A stretch of 64,000 bases of DNA from contig PKDC01000031.1 of NCBI GenBank assembly GCA_002862435.1, positions 948 through 64,947 of the forward strand, written 5' to 3'. Source of the DNA: Pseudomonadota bacterium. Lineage in GTDB: Bacteria > Pseudomonadota > Gammaproteobacteria > UBA5335. Of this stretch, positions 11,833 through 20,672 are shown one piece after another. The notes under the pieces were generated by a model, which saw only the letters and a list, made by a program, of their open reading frames with translations, had not been told where the DNA came from and searched no databases. The first letter of the stretch is position 1. Each line of letters opens with the position of its first letter. A program made the translations under genes and the position numbers.

Positions 11833-13425
11833 ATGGCGACGCTCCGCTCCCCTGAATCCGGTTTCTCCAATCCCCATCCAGGTTCGCGCTGGCGGTGGCT
11901 GGGTATTGCAGTGCTCACGCTATTGCTCGGTGCCTGCAAGATGGGGCCGGATTATGTCCGCCCGGAAAACGACGCGCCGGCGGCCTTCAAGGAAGCCGAG
12001 AACTGGAAACCCGCCGAACCGGCCGCTCATCTGGATCGGGGCGCGTGGTGGACGCTCTATCAAGACCCCCAACTGGACGCCCTGCAGGCCCAATTGGGCA
12101 GTGGCAATCTCAATGTCCGCATTGCCGAGTCTCAATTCCGTCAAGCCCAGGCGGCGCTGGCGGGAAGCCGCGCCGGACTGCTCCCATCCCTGGGCGCTTC
12201 CGCGGGAGAAACCCGCTCCCAGCCCGCCGATCCGCTCACCGGGCTGAATCGCACGCCGATCCAGCTTCCCGAGCAACGTTTCGGCCCGTTCGGCGCATTG
12301 CGGATACGCCCCCCCGCGATACCGGCCCCGGAGATCGATTTCAACCCACGCACCCAATACAACCTGGGCCTTAGCAGCAGCTGGGAAATCGATCTGTGGG
12401 GGCGGGTGCGGCGCCAGGTTGAAGCCAATACGGCGGATCTTGCCGCGAGTGCGGCCGACCTGCAGTCCATGCGCCTGAGCATGCAGGCCCAGTTGGCCCA
12501 GTTCTATTTTGCCCTGCGCGTCAACGACACGCTGCAAGCCAAGTTACGCGAAAGTGTGGCGGCCTATGAGCAATCGCTGCGAGTTGCGGAAAATCGTTAC
12601 AAGGGCGGTGTGACCTCCCGCGCCGATGTTCTGCAGGCGAAAACCCAGCTCCGCTCCACCCAGGCCCAGGCCACGGACTTGCAGGTCCAGCGCGCCCAGC
12701 TCGAACACGCCATTGCCGTATTGATTGGCAAACCGCCAGCACAGTTTTCCCTGGCGCCCAGCCCACTTGTCGATCCGCTCATTCCCGTGGTCCCAGCCGG
12801 ATTGCCTTCCGCCTTGCTGGAACGACGCCCGGATATCGCCGCTGCCGAACGGCGCATGGCCGCCGCCAATGCCCAGATCGGCGTCGCCAAGGCCGCCTAC
12901 TTCCCCAGCCTGACGCTCTCGGCCAGCGGCGGCTACCAGGGCACCAGTCTCGGCGACCTGATCAGCTTACCCAATCAGTTCTGGTCCATCGGTCCGCGCA
13001 TGGCACTGAGCCTGTTTGATGGCGGCCTGCGTGATTCCCAGGTCGACCAGGCGGAAGCCATTCTGGACGCAACCGCCAGCAGCTATCGCCTGGTGGTGCT
13101 GGGCGGTTTCCAGGAAGTGGAAGATCAGCTGGCCGCGCTGCGGATTCTTGAAGAAGAGGCACGTACGCAAGCCGAAGCAGAAGATCTGGCGCGTCAATCC
13201 CTGCAACTGACGACCAACCAGTACAAGGCCGGGGTGGTGAGCTATCTCAATGTGGTGACCGCCCAGACCATCCTGCTGGAAAGCGAACGCACCCGCACGG
13301 CCTTGGTGGGCCAGCAGCTTGGCGCCAGCATTGATCTGATTCGGGCCCTGGGAGGGACATGGTCATCCGGGGCCGAAAAAGCGCCCGCCCGGGCCGACGT
13401 TGACAGCGCCCGGAAAAGCCCTTAG
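11833..13425 (+). CDS. Outer membrane efflux lipoprotein, NodT/OpmB family
   Basis: Lipobox LGAC followed by GPDYVRP; SWEIDLWGRVRR, LLERRPDIAAAERR and LIRALGG motifs. Confidence 0.92.
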   Translation: MATLRSPESGFSNPHPGSRWRWLGIAVLTLLLGACKMGPDYVRPENDAPAAFKEAENWKPAEPAAHLDRGAWWTLYQDPQLDALQAQLGSGNLNVRIAESQFRQAQAALAGSRAGLLPSLGASAGETRSQPADPLTGLNRTPIQLPEQRFGPFGALRIRPPAIPAPEIDFNPRTQYNLGLSSSWEIDLWGRVRRQVEANTADLAASAADLQSMRLSMQAQLAQFYFALRVNDTLQAKLRESVAAYEQSLRVAENRYKGGVTSRADVLQAKTQLRSTQAQATDLQVQRAQLEHAIAVLIGKPPAQFSLAPSPLVDPLIPVVPAGLPSALLERRPDIAAAERRMAAANAQIGVAKAAYFPSLTLSASGGYQGTSLGDLISLPNQFWSIGPRMALSLFDGGLRDSQVDQAEAILDATASSYRLVVLGGFQEVEDQLAALRILEEEARTQAEAEDLARQSLQLTTNQYKAGVVSYLNVVTAQTILLESERTRTALVGQQLGASIDLIRALGGTWSSGAEKAPARADVDSARKSP

Positions 13426-13523
13426 GGTTGAGCCATGTGCCTTTATCTTGATATGAACCACCTGCCGCGACTGTGAACCGGGTCTTCTTGGATCCAGTTC
13501 TGCGGCGCACTCTGGTGGATGAC

Positions 13524-13604
13524 ATGTTGAGACAACCCCCCTTCCCTTTCCTCCCTGATCAGGCCATTGGCTTGCTGCGACTGCGACGCGGTCGCCGGGC
13601 CTAG
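13524..13604 (+). CDS. Putative leuA leader peptide [26 protein letters not shown]
   Basis: Hand-translated 26-codon uORF with GGTGGA upstream and a Leu cluster (TTG CTG CGA CTG). The stop lies inside a hairpin 70 nt before leuA. Confidence 0.55.
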   Translation: MLRQPPFPFLPDQAIGLLRLRRGRRA

Positions 13605-13674
13605 CGCGCGCCTGCCCGACGACCATCGCGAATTCCCTGGGCGCATCCATCCGTCAATCCCCAGGAGTCTTGCC

Positions 13675-15405
13675 ATGATCGATCATCCACATCACAAATA
13701 CCGTCCCGTTGCCGCCCTTGATTTATCCGATCGGCGCTGGCCGTCCCGACAGATCGTGCACCCGCCACGGTGGTGCAGTGTCGATCTGCGCGACGGCAAC
13801 CAGGCGCTCGTCGAGCCCATGGACAGCGCGCGCAAGCGCCAACTGTTCGAAACCCTGATCGCCATCGGTTTCAAGGAGATCGAAGTCGGCTTCCCGGCCG
13901 CATCCCAGACCGATTTTGATTTTGTGCGGGAACTCATCGAGCAGGATCGCATCCCCGACGACGTCACCATCCAGGTCCTGACCCAGGCGCGCGAGGATCT
14001 CATTGCCCGCACCTTCATGAGCCTGAAGGGGGCCCGGCGCGCCATCGTGCATGTCTACAACTCCACCTCCGAGGCGCAGCGCCGGCTGGTCTTCGGACAG
14101 GCACGCGCTGGCATCCACGCCATTGCCGAGCAGGGCGCACGCTGGGTCGACGAGTATGCGGCGCGCCAGCCTGATACCGACTGGGTGTTCCAGTACTCTC
14201 CCGAAAGTTTCACCGGCACGGAGCTGGATTTCGCCCTGGAAACCTGCGGCGCCGTGCTGGACATCTGGCGGCCGACGGCCGCACGGCCGGTCATCATCAA
14301 CCTGCCGGCCACAGTGGAAATGACCACCCCCAATGTTTACGCCGACCAGATCGAATGGATGCACCGTCATCTGCCGCGGCGGGACGGCGTGGTGCTGTCC
14401 GTGCATCCCCACAATGACCGCGGCACAGCGGTGGCAGCGGCGGAACTGGCCTTGCTGGCGGGTGCCGACCGAGTCGAGGGGACCTTGTTCGGCAACGGCG
14501 AGCGCACCGGCAATGTGGACATCGTGACCCTCGCGCTGAACCTCTATACCCAGGGCATTCATCCCGCGCTCGATTTTTCCCGCATCAACGACATCGTGCG
14601 CGTGGCCGAAACCTGCAACCAGTTGCCGGTGCATCCGCGCCATCCCTATGCGGGTGAACTGGTCTTCACGGCCTTCTCGGGCTCCCACCAGGACGCCATC
14701 AAGAAGGGCCTGACCGCCCGGGATGCGGACGCCGCCCCCGTACCGGTATGGGAGGTTCCCTACCTGCCCATCGATCCCAAGGACGTGGGACGCAGTTACG
14801 AAGCGGTGATCCGCATCAACAGCCAATCCGGCAAGGGGGGCATTGCCCACCTCATGGCCAGCGAATTCGGACTGGACTTGCCGCGCCGTCTGCAGATCGA
14901 GTTCCGCAACCGGGTGCAGGAGGTGGCCGATGCCAGCGGCAAGGAGATCAAGGCGGCGGATTTGTGGGCGATCTTCGAGGCCGCGTATCTCAAGATTCCC
15001 GGCGGCCATGCCTTGGTCGATTACCGTGAGGAGCCCTGTGGGGACGCAGGGCGACAGCGGCGGGTGCGCGCCATGCTGCGGGATGCGGCAGGACTGGACC
15101 AGGTGGTGACCGGCGTCGGTCGGGGTCCGGTGGACGGCTTCGTCCACGGCCTGGCAGATTGGCTTGGCATGCCGATTCAGGTGATTGATTATCGCGAGCA
15201 TGCCATGAGCCCAGGCGCCGATGCACGCGCAGCGGCCTATGTGGAGCTGACCGTGGGCGATGACGACAAGGCTGTATTTGGGGTGGGTCTGGACGAGGAT
15301 GTCACTGCGGCCACCCTGCGCGCGGTCTTGAGCGCCGTCGATCGCCATGCGGCGCGAGACGGCATGCAGCAAGCACAGGAAGCGCGGCGCCAAGGCGGCG
15401 GCTGA
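13675..15405 (+). CDS. leuA: 2-isopropylmalate synthase
   Basis: [43 protein letters not shown] and [10 protein letters not shown] motifs; SD AGGAG precedes ATG 13675. Confidence 0.95.
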   Translation: MIDHPHHKYRPVAALDLSDRRWPSRQIVHPPRWCSVDLRDGNQALVEPMDSARKRQLFETLIAIGFKEIEVGFPAASQTDFDFVRELIEQDRIPDDVTIQVLTQAREDLIARTFMSLKGARRAIVHVYNSTSEAQRRLVFGQARAGIHAIAEQGARWVDEYAARQPDTDWVFQYSPESFTGTELDFALETCGAVLDIWRPTAARPVIINLPATVEMTTPNVYADQIEWMHRHLPRRDGVVLSVHPHNDRGTAVAAAELALLAGADRVEGTLFGNGERTGNVDIVTLALNLYTQGIHPALDFSRINDIVRVAETCNQLPVHPRHPYAGELVFTAFSGSHQDAIKKGLTARDADAAPVPVWEVPYLPIDPKDVGRSYEAVIRINSQSGKGGIAHLMASEFGLDLPRRLQIEFRNRVQEVADASGKEIKAADLWAIFEAAYLKIPGGHALVDYREEPCGDAGRQRRVRAMLRDAAGLDQVVTGVGRGPVDGFVHGLADWLGMPIQVIDYREHAMSPGADARAAAYVELTVGDDDKAVFGVGLDEDVTAATLRAVLSAVDRHAARDGMQQAQEARRQGGG

Positions 15406-15450
15406 GTCATCCAGGTGCGCCCCGGTCCAGGGTGCGGATCGGGGCACGCC

Positions 15451-17319
15451 CTACCAGTGCAGGGCACGCAAGCGCGCGATCTTCTTATGCTGATGCGCTT
15501 GCATGCGCAGCAGAATATCGCGCAGGGTTTCGATGGCACGGCAGATATAAGGACCCTTGTTGAGCATCACGCACTCGGCGCGCACCCCCATGGCCGCATC
15601 GGTCACCTCCGACCGGGTCGGGGTGCCTTTGCGCGCCAGGGATTCGAGCACCTGAGTGGCCCAGATCACCGGCACATGGGCCGCCTCGCACAGCCATAAA
15701 ATCTCTTCCTGGATCTCTGCCAGGCGTTCCGGGCCGATTTCAACCGCCAGATCCCCGCGCGCCACCATGACACCCATGGGCCGCCGCGGGATGACGGTGA
15801 GCAGGATTTCTGGAAGGTTGCGCACCGCCTGGGCCGTCTCGATCTTGGCCACGATGGGTACGTCCCGAGCACCCCGTCGATCCAGCTCCGCCATCAGGGT
15901 CGCCACGTCCTGGGCCGTGCGGACGAAGGAATAGCCGATCACATCCGCTTGCCGGGCGGCGAGGTCCAGCATGTCCAGATCCTGCGCCGTCAAGGCCGGC
16001 AACCCCAGCGTGCTGTCCGGGAAATTGAGCCCTTTCTCTCCCCGGATCTTCTCCCCTTCCGCGCGCGCGCGGGTGATACGCAACACAGCGCCCTCGGGGA
16101 TCAATGCCTCCACCACGGCGCCGATCTTGCCATCGTCAATGAAGACGCGGTGTCCCACCTGCAGGTCATCGATGACCTCGGGACAGCTGAGACCGATCCG
16201 GCCCATCTCCACCACCGCGCCATCGGCATCGCGGCGGGCGGCCCGGCCGGGCTGCGTATTCCGGGCCAGCAACAGTTGCTCTTCCGGATGAACCACCAGG
16301 AAACCGGGCTGCTCCGGGAAGGGACCGAAGCAGCCCTCGCCCTGTCGTACCGGAAGTGCCCCGGGGCGCCACCAGCGGCACGGCATTCCCGGCTCGACAT
16401 ACGCCGTGTGCCAGATCTGGCCCTGCCAGCGACCAATGGCATCACACCCCTTCACCTCCAATTCGCGCAGCCGGCCACGGGTGTCCCGAAAACGCAGTCG
16501 ATCACCGACTTGCAGATCGCTATAGATCGCAGGAGTCACCGGCAGGACACTCGGGGAGCCGATCGGCGGGGTTTGCGCCGGCGCGAGCGTCACCTCAGCG
16601 GGCGCAATCACCCGGCCCGAGGCATCGCGGGGCGGGTGGATGGCGAAGATCGGGGCGGCGGGCACGCTGGCGGTGCGGAGCTTGGGGCCCGGCAGATCCA
16701 TATAGATCTGGCACGGCACCTGCAGCGCCGCGCTGGCCCGGCGCACCTGATCGATCATCCGTGTCCAGGTGGCCGCATCGTCATGGGCGCCGTTGATGCG
16801 GGCACAATCCATGCCGGCGCGCAGCATCGCCGCGACCAGATCGCCCTGCTCGGCGGCTTCGCTGGGCAGGGTGACCATGATATAGACCCCCTCGCCATCG
16901 CGGTGCGGCCCGAACAATCGCTGCGTATGGGCGGCCAGCAAGGCTTCGCCCTCGTCAATGGTCGGATCCTGGCCTGGCATCGACGGAGTCCAGCTTCCCT
17001 CCAGCACCCCCGCCAACAGGGCCAGCACCCGATCCAGGTCATGGAGCAAATGCGCCTCGGAGCGCCCCAGCGATGAAAGCCCCTGGGCACTGAGGCGTTT
17101 TTGCAGCGGGCGCAGGTCGCTGCGACGAAAATGTATGTAATGCAATAGATTACGCACGCTCACCGCGCCATTGCTACCGGCTTCCGGGTGCCAGCGGGCC
17201 ATGTCCGCCAGCGCGCCCTGCACGATCTGCTCACGCAAGGCTTCCAGCGCCGCCCGCAAGGCGATGAGTTCCACCTGTTCCGGCGTTGGAGAATGGTCGG
17301 CGTGATCCGAAGTCGTCAT
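15451..17319 (-). CDS. pyk: Atypical pyruvate kinase (N-terminal extension, enlarged lid region, no C-terminal regulatory domain)
   Basis: DLPGPKLRT, AKIET, MVARGDLAVE, ATQVLES, PTRSEVTD and CVMLNKG motifs; the protein ends right after the barrel. Confidence 0.85.
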   Translation of the reverse strand: MTTSDHADHSPTPEQVELIALRAALEALREQIVQGALADMARWHPEAGSNGAVSVRNLLHYIHFRRSDLRPLQKRLSAQGLSSLGRSEAHLLHDLDRVLALLAGVLEGSWTPSMPGQDPTIDEGEALLAAHTQRLFGPHRDGEGVYIMVTLPSEAAEQGDLVAAMLRAGMDCARINGAHDDAATWTRMIDQVRRASAALQVPCQIYMDLPGPKLRTASVPAAPIFAIHPPRDASGRVIAPAEVTLAPAQTPPIGSPSVLPVTPAIYSDLQVGDRLRFRDTRGRLRELEVKGCDAIGRWQGQIWHTAYVEPGMPCRWWRPGALPVRQGEGCFGPFPEQPGFLVVHPEEQLLLARNTQPGRAARRDADGAVVEMGRIGLSCPEVIDDLQVGHRVFIDDGKIGAVVEALIPEGAVLRITRARAEGEKIRGEKGLNFPDSTLGLPALTAQDLDMLDLAARQADVIGYSFVRTAQDVATLMAELDRRGARDVPIVAKIETAQAVRNLPEILLTVIPRRPMGVMVARGDLAVEIGPERLAEIQEEILWLCEAAHVPVIWATQVLESLARKGTPTRSEVTDAAMGVRAECVMLNKGPYICRAIETLRDILLRMQAHQHKKIARLRALHW

Positions 17320-17465
17320 GGCGTGGTCTCCCTGGCTTGAGCGTGATTGAGTCCACTTTAAGACCCGAAGATGACAACTAGCCTGACACCGGGGGCGACT
17401 GCGGGAACGGCGCCGAATATGTTAAGTTCGCTGTCCCAACGCGGATATCTGAGCCTTTTGCCATC

Positions 17466-18419
17466 ATGGCCTTTGCCTTTCCCTCGCCCCGACACACCGA
17501 TCGCGCCGTCCGCGCCATCCTCCAGGAGCGGATGCGCAAGGCCTTGGAGCACCTGTCGGCACCAGAGCAGGATCGTGCCGAGGGGATCCACGAGGCCCGC
17601 AAGCGCTTCAAGGAAATCCGCGCGGTGTTGCGGCTGGTGCGTGATGTGCCCGATCTGGATGCGCCCAGTCTGGTCCTGTGGTTCCGCGATGCCGGGCGCC
17701 GGCTTTCGGGAACCCGCGATGCCCAGGCCTTGGTGGAATGCTGGGACAAATTACACGCAATCGATCCCAAGCCGCTGGAAACCGCTGCTGGCCGCGCCCT
17801 GCATCAAATGCTGACCGAGAACGCCCATGCGCACCTTTATCAAGCCGATGCGCTGACGGAGACTCTCGTTCACTTGCGGATTGAACTGGCCGAGCAGATT
17901 GCCCGCCTGCCAGTCATCCCCGGGGCCGAAACAGGTTTTGATCTCATCCGCCCGGGTCTGGCGCGCAGCTATCGATCCGGTCGGCGCCGGCTCGCCGAGG
18001 CCGCCCTGAACCCGACGCCGGAGGCCTTTCATGAATGGCGCAAGCGGGTCAAAGATCATTGGTACCACATCCGGTTATTGACCGGGGCCTGGCCGATGGG
18101 CCTGGGGCAGCGCCAGGACCTGCTCAAGGCACTCTCGGATCAACTGGGGGATGATCACGATCTGGCCGTGTTGAGGCTGCAATTGCTGCACTGGTCCGAG
18201 CGCATCGGCTGGGATGCGCAGCAACAGCGCCTGCTGGGCGCCATTGGTCGCCGCCAAGCCCTGTTGCGTCGCCAGTCCCTGTCCCTGGGTGACCGGCTTT
18301 ATGCCGAAACACCGGGCCGCTTCATCCGTCGCATCGCGGCCTACTGGGATCTGTGGGCGGCGGATGCCGCACGCGCCGCCCCGTCAGCCCGCAACGATCC
18401 ACCTCACCCGCCGCACTGA
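17466..18419 (+). CDS. Stand-alone CHAD domain protein (polyphosphate binding)
   Basis: Paired CHAD motifs IHEARKRFKEIRAVLRL and FHEWRKRVKDHWY, plus LSGTRDAQAL and LGDDHDLAVL. Confidence 0.9.
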   Translation: MAFAFPSPRHTDRAVRAILQERMRKALEHLSAPEQDRAEGIHEARKRFKEIRAVLRLVRDVPDLDAPSLVLWFRDAGRRLSGTRDAQALVECWDKLHAIDPKPLETAAGRALHQMLTENAHAHLYQADALTETLVHLRIELAEQIARLPVIPGAETGFDLIRPGLARSYRSGRRRLAEAALNPTPEAFHEWRKRVKDHWYHIRLLTGAWPMGLGQRQDLLKALSDQLGDDHDLAVLRLQLLHWSERIGWDAQQQRLLGAIGRRQALLRRQSLSLGDRLYAETPGRFIRRIAAYWDLWAADAARAAPSARNDPPHPPH

Positions 18420-18435
18420 ACAGCGAGACACGTCC

Positions 18436-19185
18436 ATGCGCACTCTGGCTTTCTACAATCTCAAAGGCGGCGTTGGAAAGACCGCCGCAGCCGTGAATCT
18501 GGCCTGGTGCGCCGCGCGGGATGGCCTTGCAACCTGCTTGTGGGATCTCGATCCCCAGGGCGCGGCCAGCTGGTATTTGCGCGACACGACTGGGCTCGAC
18601 ATCAAAGCCAAAAAGCTGCTCAAAGGAAAGGACACGCTGGTCAGCCAGACCCGCCCCACCGAGCTGCCCGGTCTGGACCTGATCCCGGCGGATACGACCT
18701 ATCGCCATCTGGACCGCTTGTTTGATGACAGTGACGCGCCCCGAGAGGTATTGATGCAGCTGGTGAAGCCGCTGGCAGCCCGTTATGACCTCTTGGTGCT
18801 GGACTGTCCGCCCAGTTTTTCGCGGCTTTCAGAAAACGTGTTTACCCTGGCCGATGCGGTGGCCGTCCCATTGATCCCCACGCCCCTTTCGGTGCGGGCC
18901 TTTTCCCAGGTGGTGGGCTTCCTGGCACAGAAGCGATTGGCCGAGGGGCGCTTGTTTCCGTTCTTTTCCATGGTCGACAAACGCCGTGGGCTGCATCGTC
19001 AATGGCTGGACGCTCCGCCCGAGGCTTTGCCGAACCTGTTGGGGGCCTATGTTCCCTATGCCTCGGTGGTGGAGCAGATGGGGCAGCATCAAAGCCCGGT
19101 CACCCAGTTCGCCGCTCACAGTCCGGCGGCGGCGGCCTACCAGGCCTTGTGGGAAGAACTGCGGGTGCATCTCGACTTCGATTGA
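18436..19185 (+). CDS. ParA/MinD-family ATPase with no adjacent parB
   Basis: Deviant Walker A NLKGGVGKT, WDLDPQG and LDCPP motifs; starts 16 nt after the CHAD stop. Confidence 0.9.
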   Translation: MRTLAFYNLKGGVGKTAAAVNLAWCAARDGLATCLWDLDPQGAASWYLRDTTGLDIKAKKLLKGKDTLVSQTRPTELPGLDLIPADTTYRHLDRLFDDSDAPREVLMQLVKPLAARYDLLVLDCPPSFSRLSENVFTLADAVAVPLIPTPLSVRAFSQVVGFLAQKRLAEGRLFPFFSMVDKRRGLHRQWLDAPPEALPNLLGAYVPYASVVEQMGQHQSPVTQFAAHSPAAAAYQALWEELRVHLDFD

Positions 19186-19209
19186 GGTCCAAATCAAGAA
19201 GCGACGGCT

Positions 19210-19704
19210 TCAGGCGCGACCGATAAGCCGCAACTGGGCAGGCGTGAGGAACCACTCCAGCTGGCCAGGGCCAGTCGGTTCATGCCCATTCCAGGTGATA
19301 CAGGCCACCCCACCTTTTTTGAAAGGCAAGTCAACGGCGGCTGGATCGCCGGTCAGTATGCGTGAGGCCAAAAGCCCCAGATCCGGCTGGTGACCGACCA
19401 GCATCAAAGGGGCAGGCGCAGTTACCATAGCAGTGAGCAGAGCTGCCTGGTCACCTTCAGGTGCAAGCGCGGCACAGATGGCGCTGGATTTGATCCCAAG
19501 GCCTATGGTCAACAGACTGGCCGTCTCCTGAGCGCGGCACAGCGGGCTGGACCAGATGGCGCCCGGTTTGACATCCAGCCGGTGCAGCCCGTCCACCGCT
19601 TGACGCATCTTGCGAATGCCTTCGGCGGTCAGGGCCCGCTCGCCATCAGCGCGCTCCGGGGAGCGCTCCTCGGCAATGCCATGGCGGACGAGATAACAGA
19701 TCAT
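19210..19704 (-). CDS. sixA: Phosphohistidine phosphatase SixA
   Basis: LVRHGIAE, RALTAEG, SSPLCRAQETA, LVGHQPDL and FKKGG motifs. Confidence 0.9.
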   Translation of the reverse strand: MICYLVRHGIAEERSPERADGERALTAEGIRKMRQAVDGLHRLDVKPGAIWSSPLCRAQETASLLTIGLGIKSSAICAALAPEGDQAALLTAMVTAPAPLMLVGHQPDLGLLASRILTGDPAAVDLPFKKGGVACITWNGHEPTGPGQLEWFLTPAQLRLIGRA

Positions 19705-19722
19705 GGCGGGGTGGGAGACTGA

Positions 19723-20055
19723 TCAACGGTCATCCCAATCCTCATCAAGATCATCCTCATCAAGATCATCCTTATCTTCATCCTCATCATCTTCTTCGCG
19801 ATAGCGGCGGGATTGTGTCGGACGGGAAAAGTCATTCTTCGGCTCCACCACATCGTCCTGGAGCTCCTCTTCCTCTCCCTGAAACACATCCAGGTCGAGG
19901 TCATACCATTCATCGAAGCTCAGGGTCCGGATTTCGCCGTCTTCGTATTCGACTTCCACTTCATCGCCACGCTCATCCAGAGCCAGGACCTTGAACCGTT
20001 CGTCTTGTTCCAGATCCAGATACCATTGCCCGACGATTGGATCCAGTTCACCCAT
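19723..20055 (-). CDS. Small, very acidic conserved hypothetical protein (DUF6763-like)
   Basis: N-terminal PIVGQWY...FKVLALDE...VEVEYEDGEI domain and a D/E-rich tail; 18 nt upstream of sixA. The family name is from recollection. Confidence 0.7.
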   Translation of the reverse strand: MGELDPIVGQWYLDLEQDERFKVLALDERGDEVEVEYEDGEIRTLSFDEWYDLDLDVFQGEEEELQDDVVEPKNDFSRPTQSRRYREEDDEDEDKDDLDEDDLDEDWDDR

Positions 20056-20132
20056 GTCCGTATCCCCCTATCGCAAAAGAGGGCCGGCGATCATATAGTC
20101 CCGCCGACCCTCATTGAGCTGATGAAATCCTG

Positions 20133-20426
20133 TCAGTTGGACTTCATTTCCTCGGTTTTCTCGTCCAGCTTCTCGCCCAGTTCTTCGGCCTTTTCACCCG
20201 CGGCGCCAGTGGCATCGTCGATCTTTTCGCCAGCTTCCTCGGCAGGCCCCTGGAACGGCTCCTTGGCTTTGTCCATCAGATCATCCGCTTTTTCCTCAAC
20301 CTTCTCCATGGTTGACTCGGCGTCCTGCTTGGCTTCCTCCCGCTCTTTGCGGTCGCAGGCAGACAGGCCGAAAACGGCGATCAGGCCTGCGATCATCAGC
20401 CAGCGCAGTTTGGAAGTCTTGGTCAT
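20133..20426 (-). CDS. Small charged lipoprotein
   Basis: SD AAGGAG upstream, lipobox LSAC, then a helical E/K/A-rich body. Confidence 0.8.
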   Translation of the reverse strand: MTKTSKLRWLMIAGLIAVFGLSACDRKEREEAKQDAESTMEKVEEKADDLMDKAKEPFQGPAEEAGEKIDDATGAAGEKAEELGEKLDEKTEEMKSN

Positions 20427-20604
20427 AATTCATTTCTCCTTGAATTAGTGATTCGTATCGCCATCGGCTGCCCATGACAGCCTCGCGCCTAGTTTGAACG
20501 AAAGCGCAGGGAATTTACCACCTGTCGCCGTTTTTAGTCGCCCCAGATGCCAAATCGTCATTATGGACGATGAAGGGTCAGATAGGCCGCGATTGAGCTG
20601 CTTT

Positions 20605-20623
20605 ATTGAAATCGATTCTCACT
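20605..20623. promoter_or_regulatory. Fur-box-like site
   Basis: ATTGAAATCGATTCTCACT resembles the AT-rich 9-1-9 Fur palindrome and lies about 50 nt upstream of an iron permease. Confidence 0.55.
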
Positions 20624-20672
20624 TGCCTTAGGATTGTATTCAACTTCACGACGCTTGCCGCAGGCTTTCCTC

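Noticed and set aside
17371-17389. Possible Pho box (two TGTCA half-sites on the minus strand) in the pyk/CHAD divergent promoter
   Set aside because: The half-sites are 12 bp apart rather than the 11 bp expected for PhoB, so the match is too weak to call.
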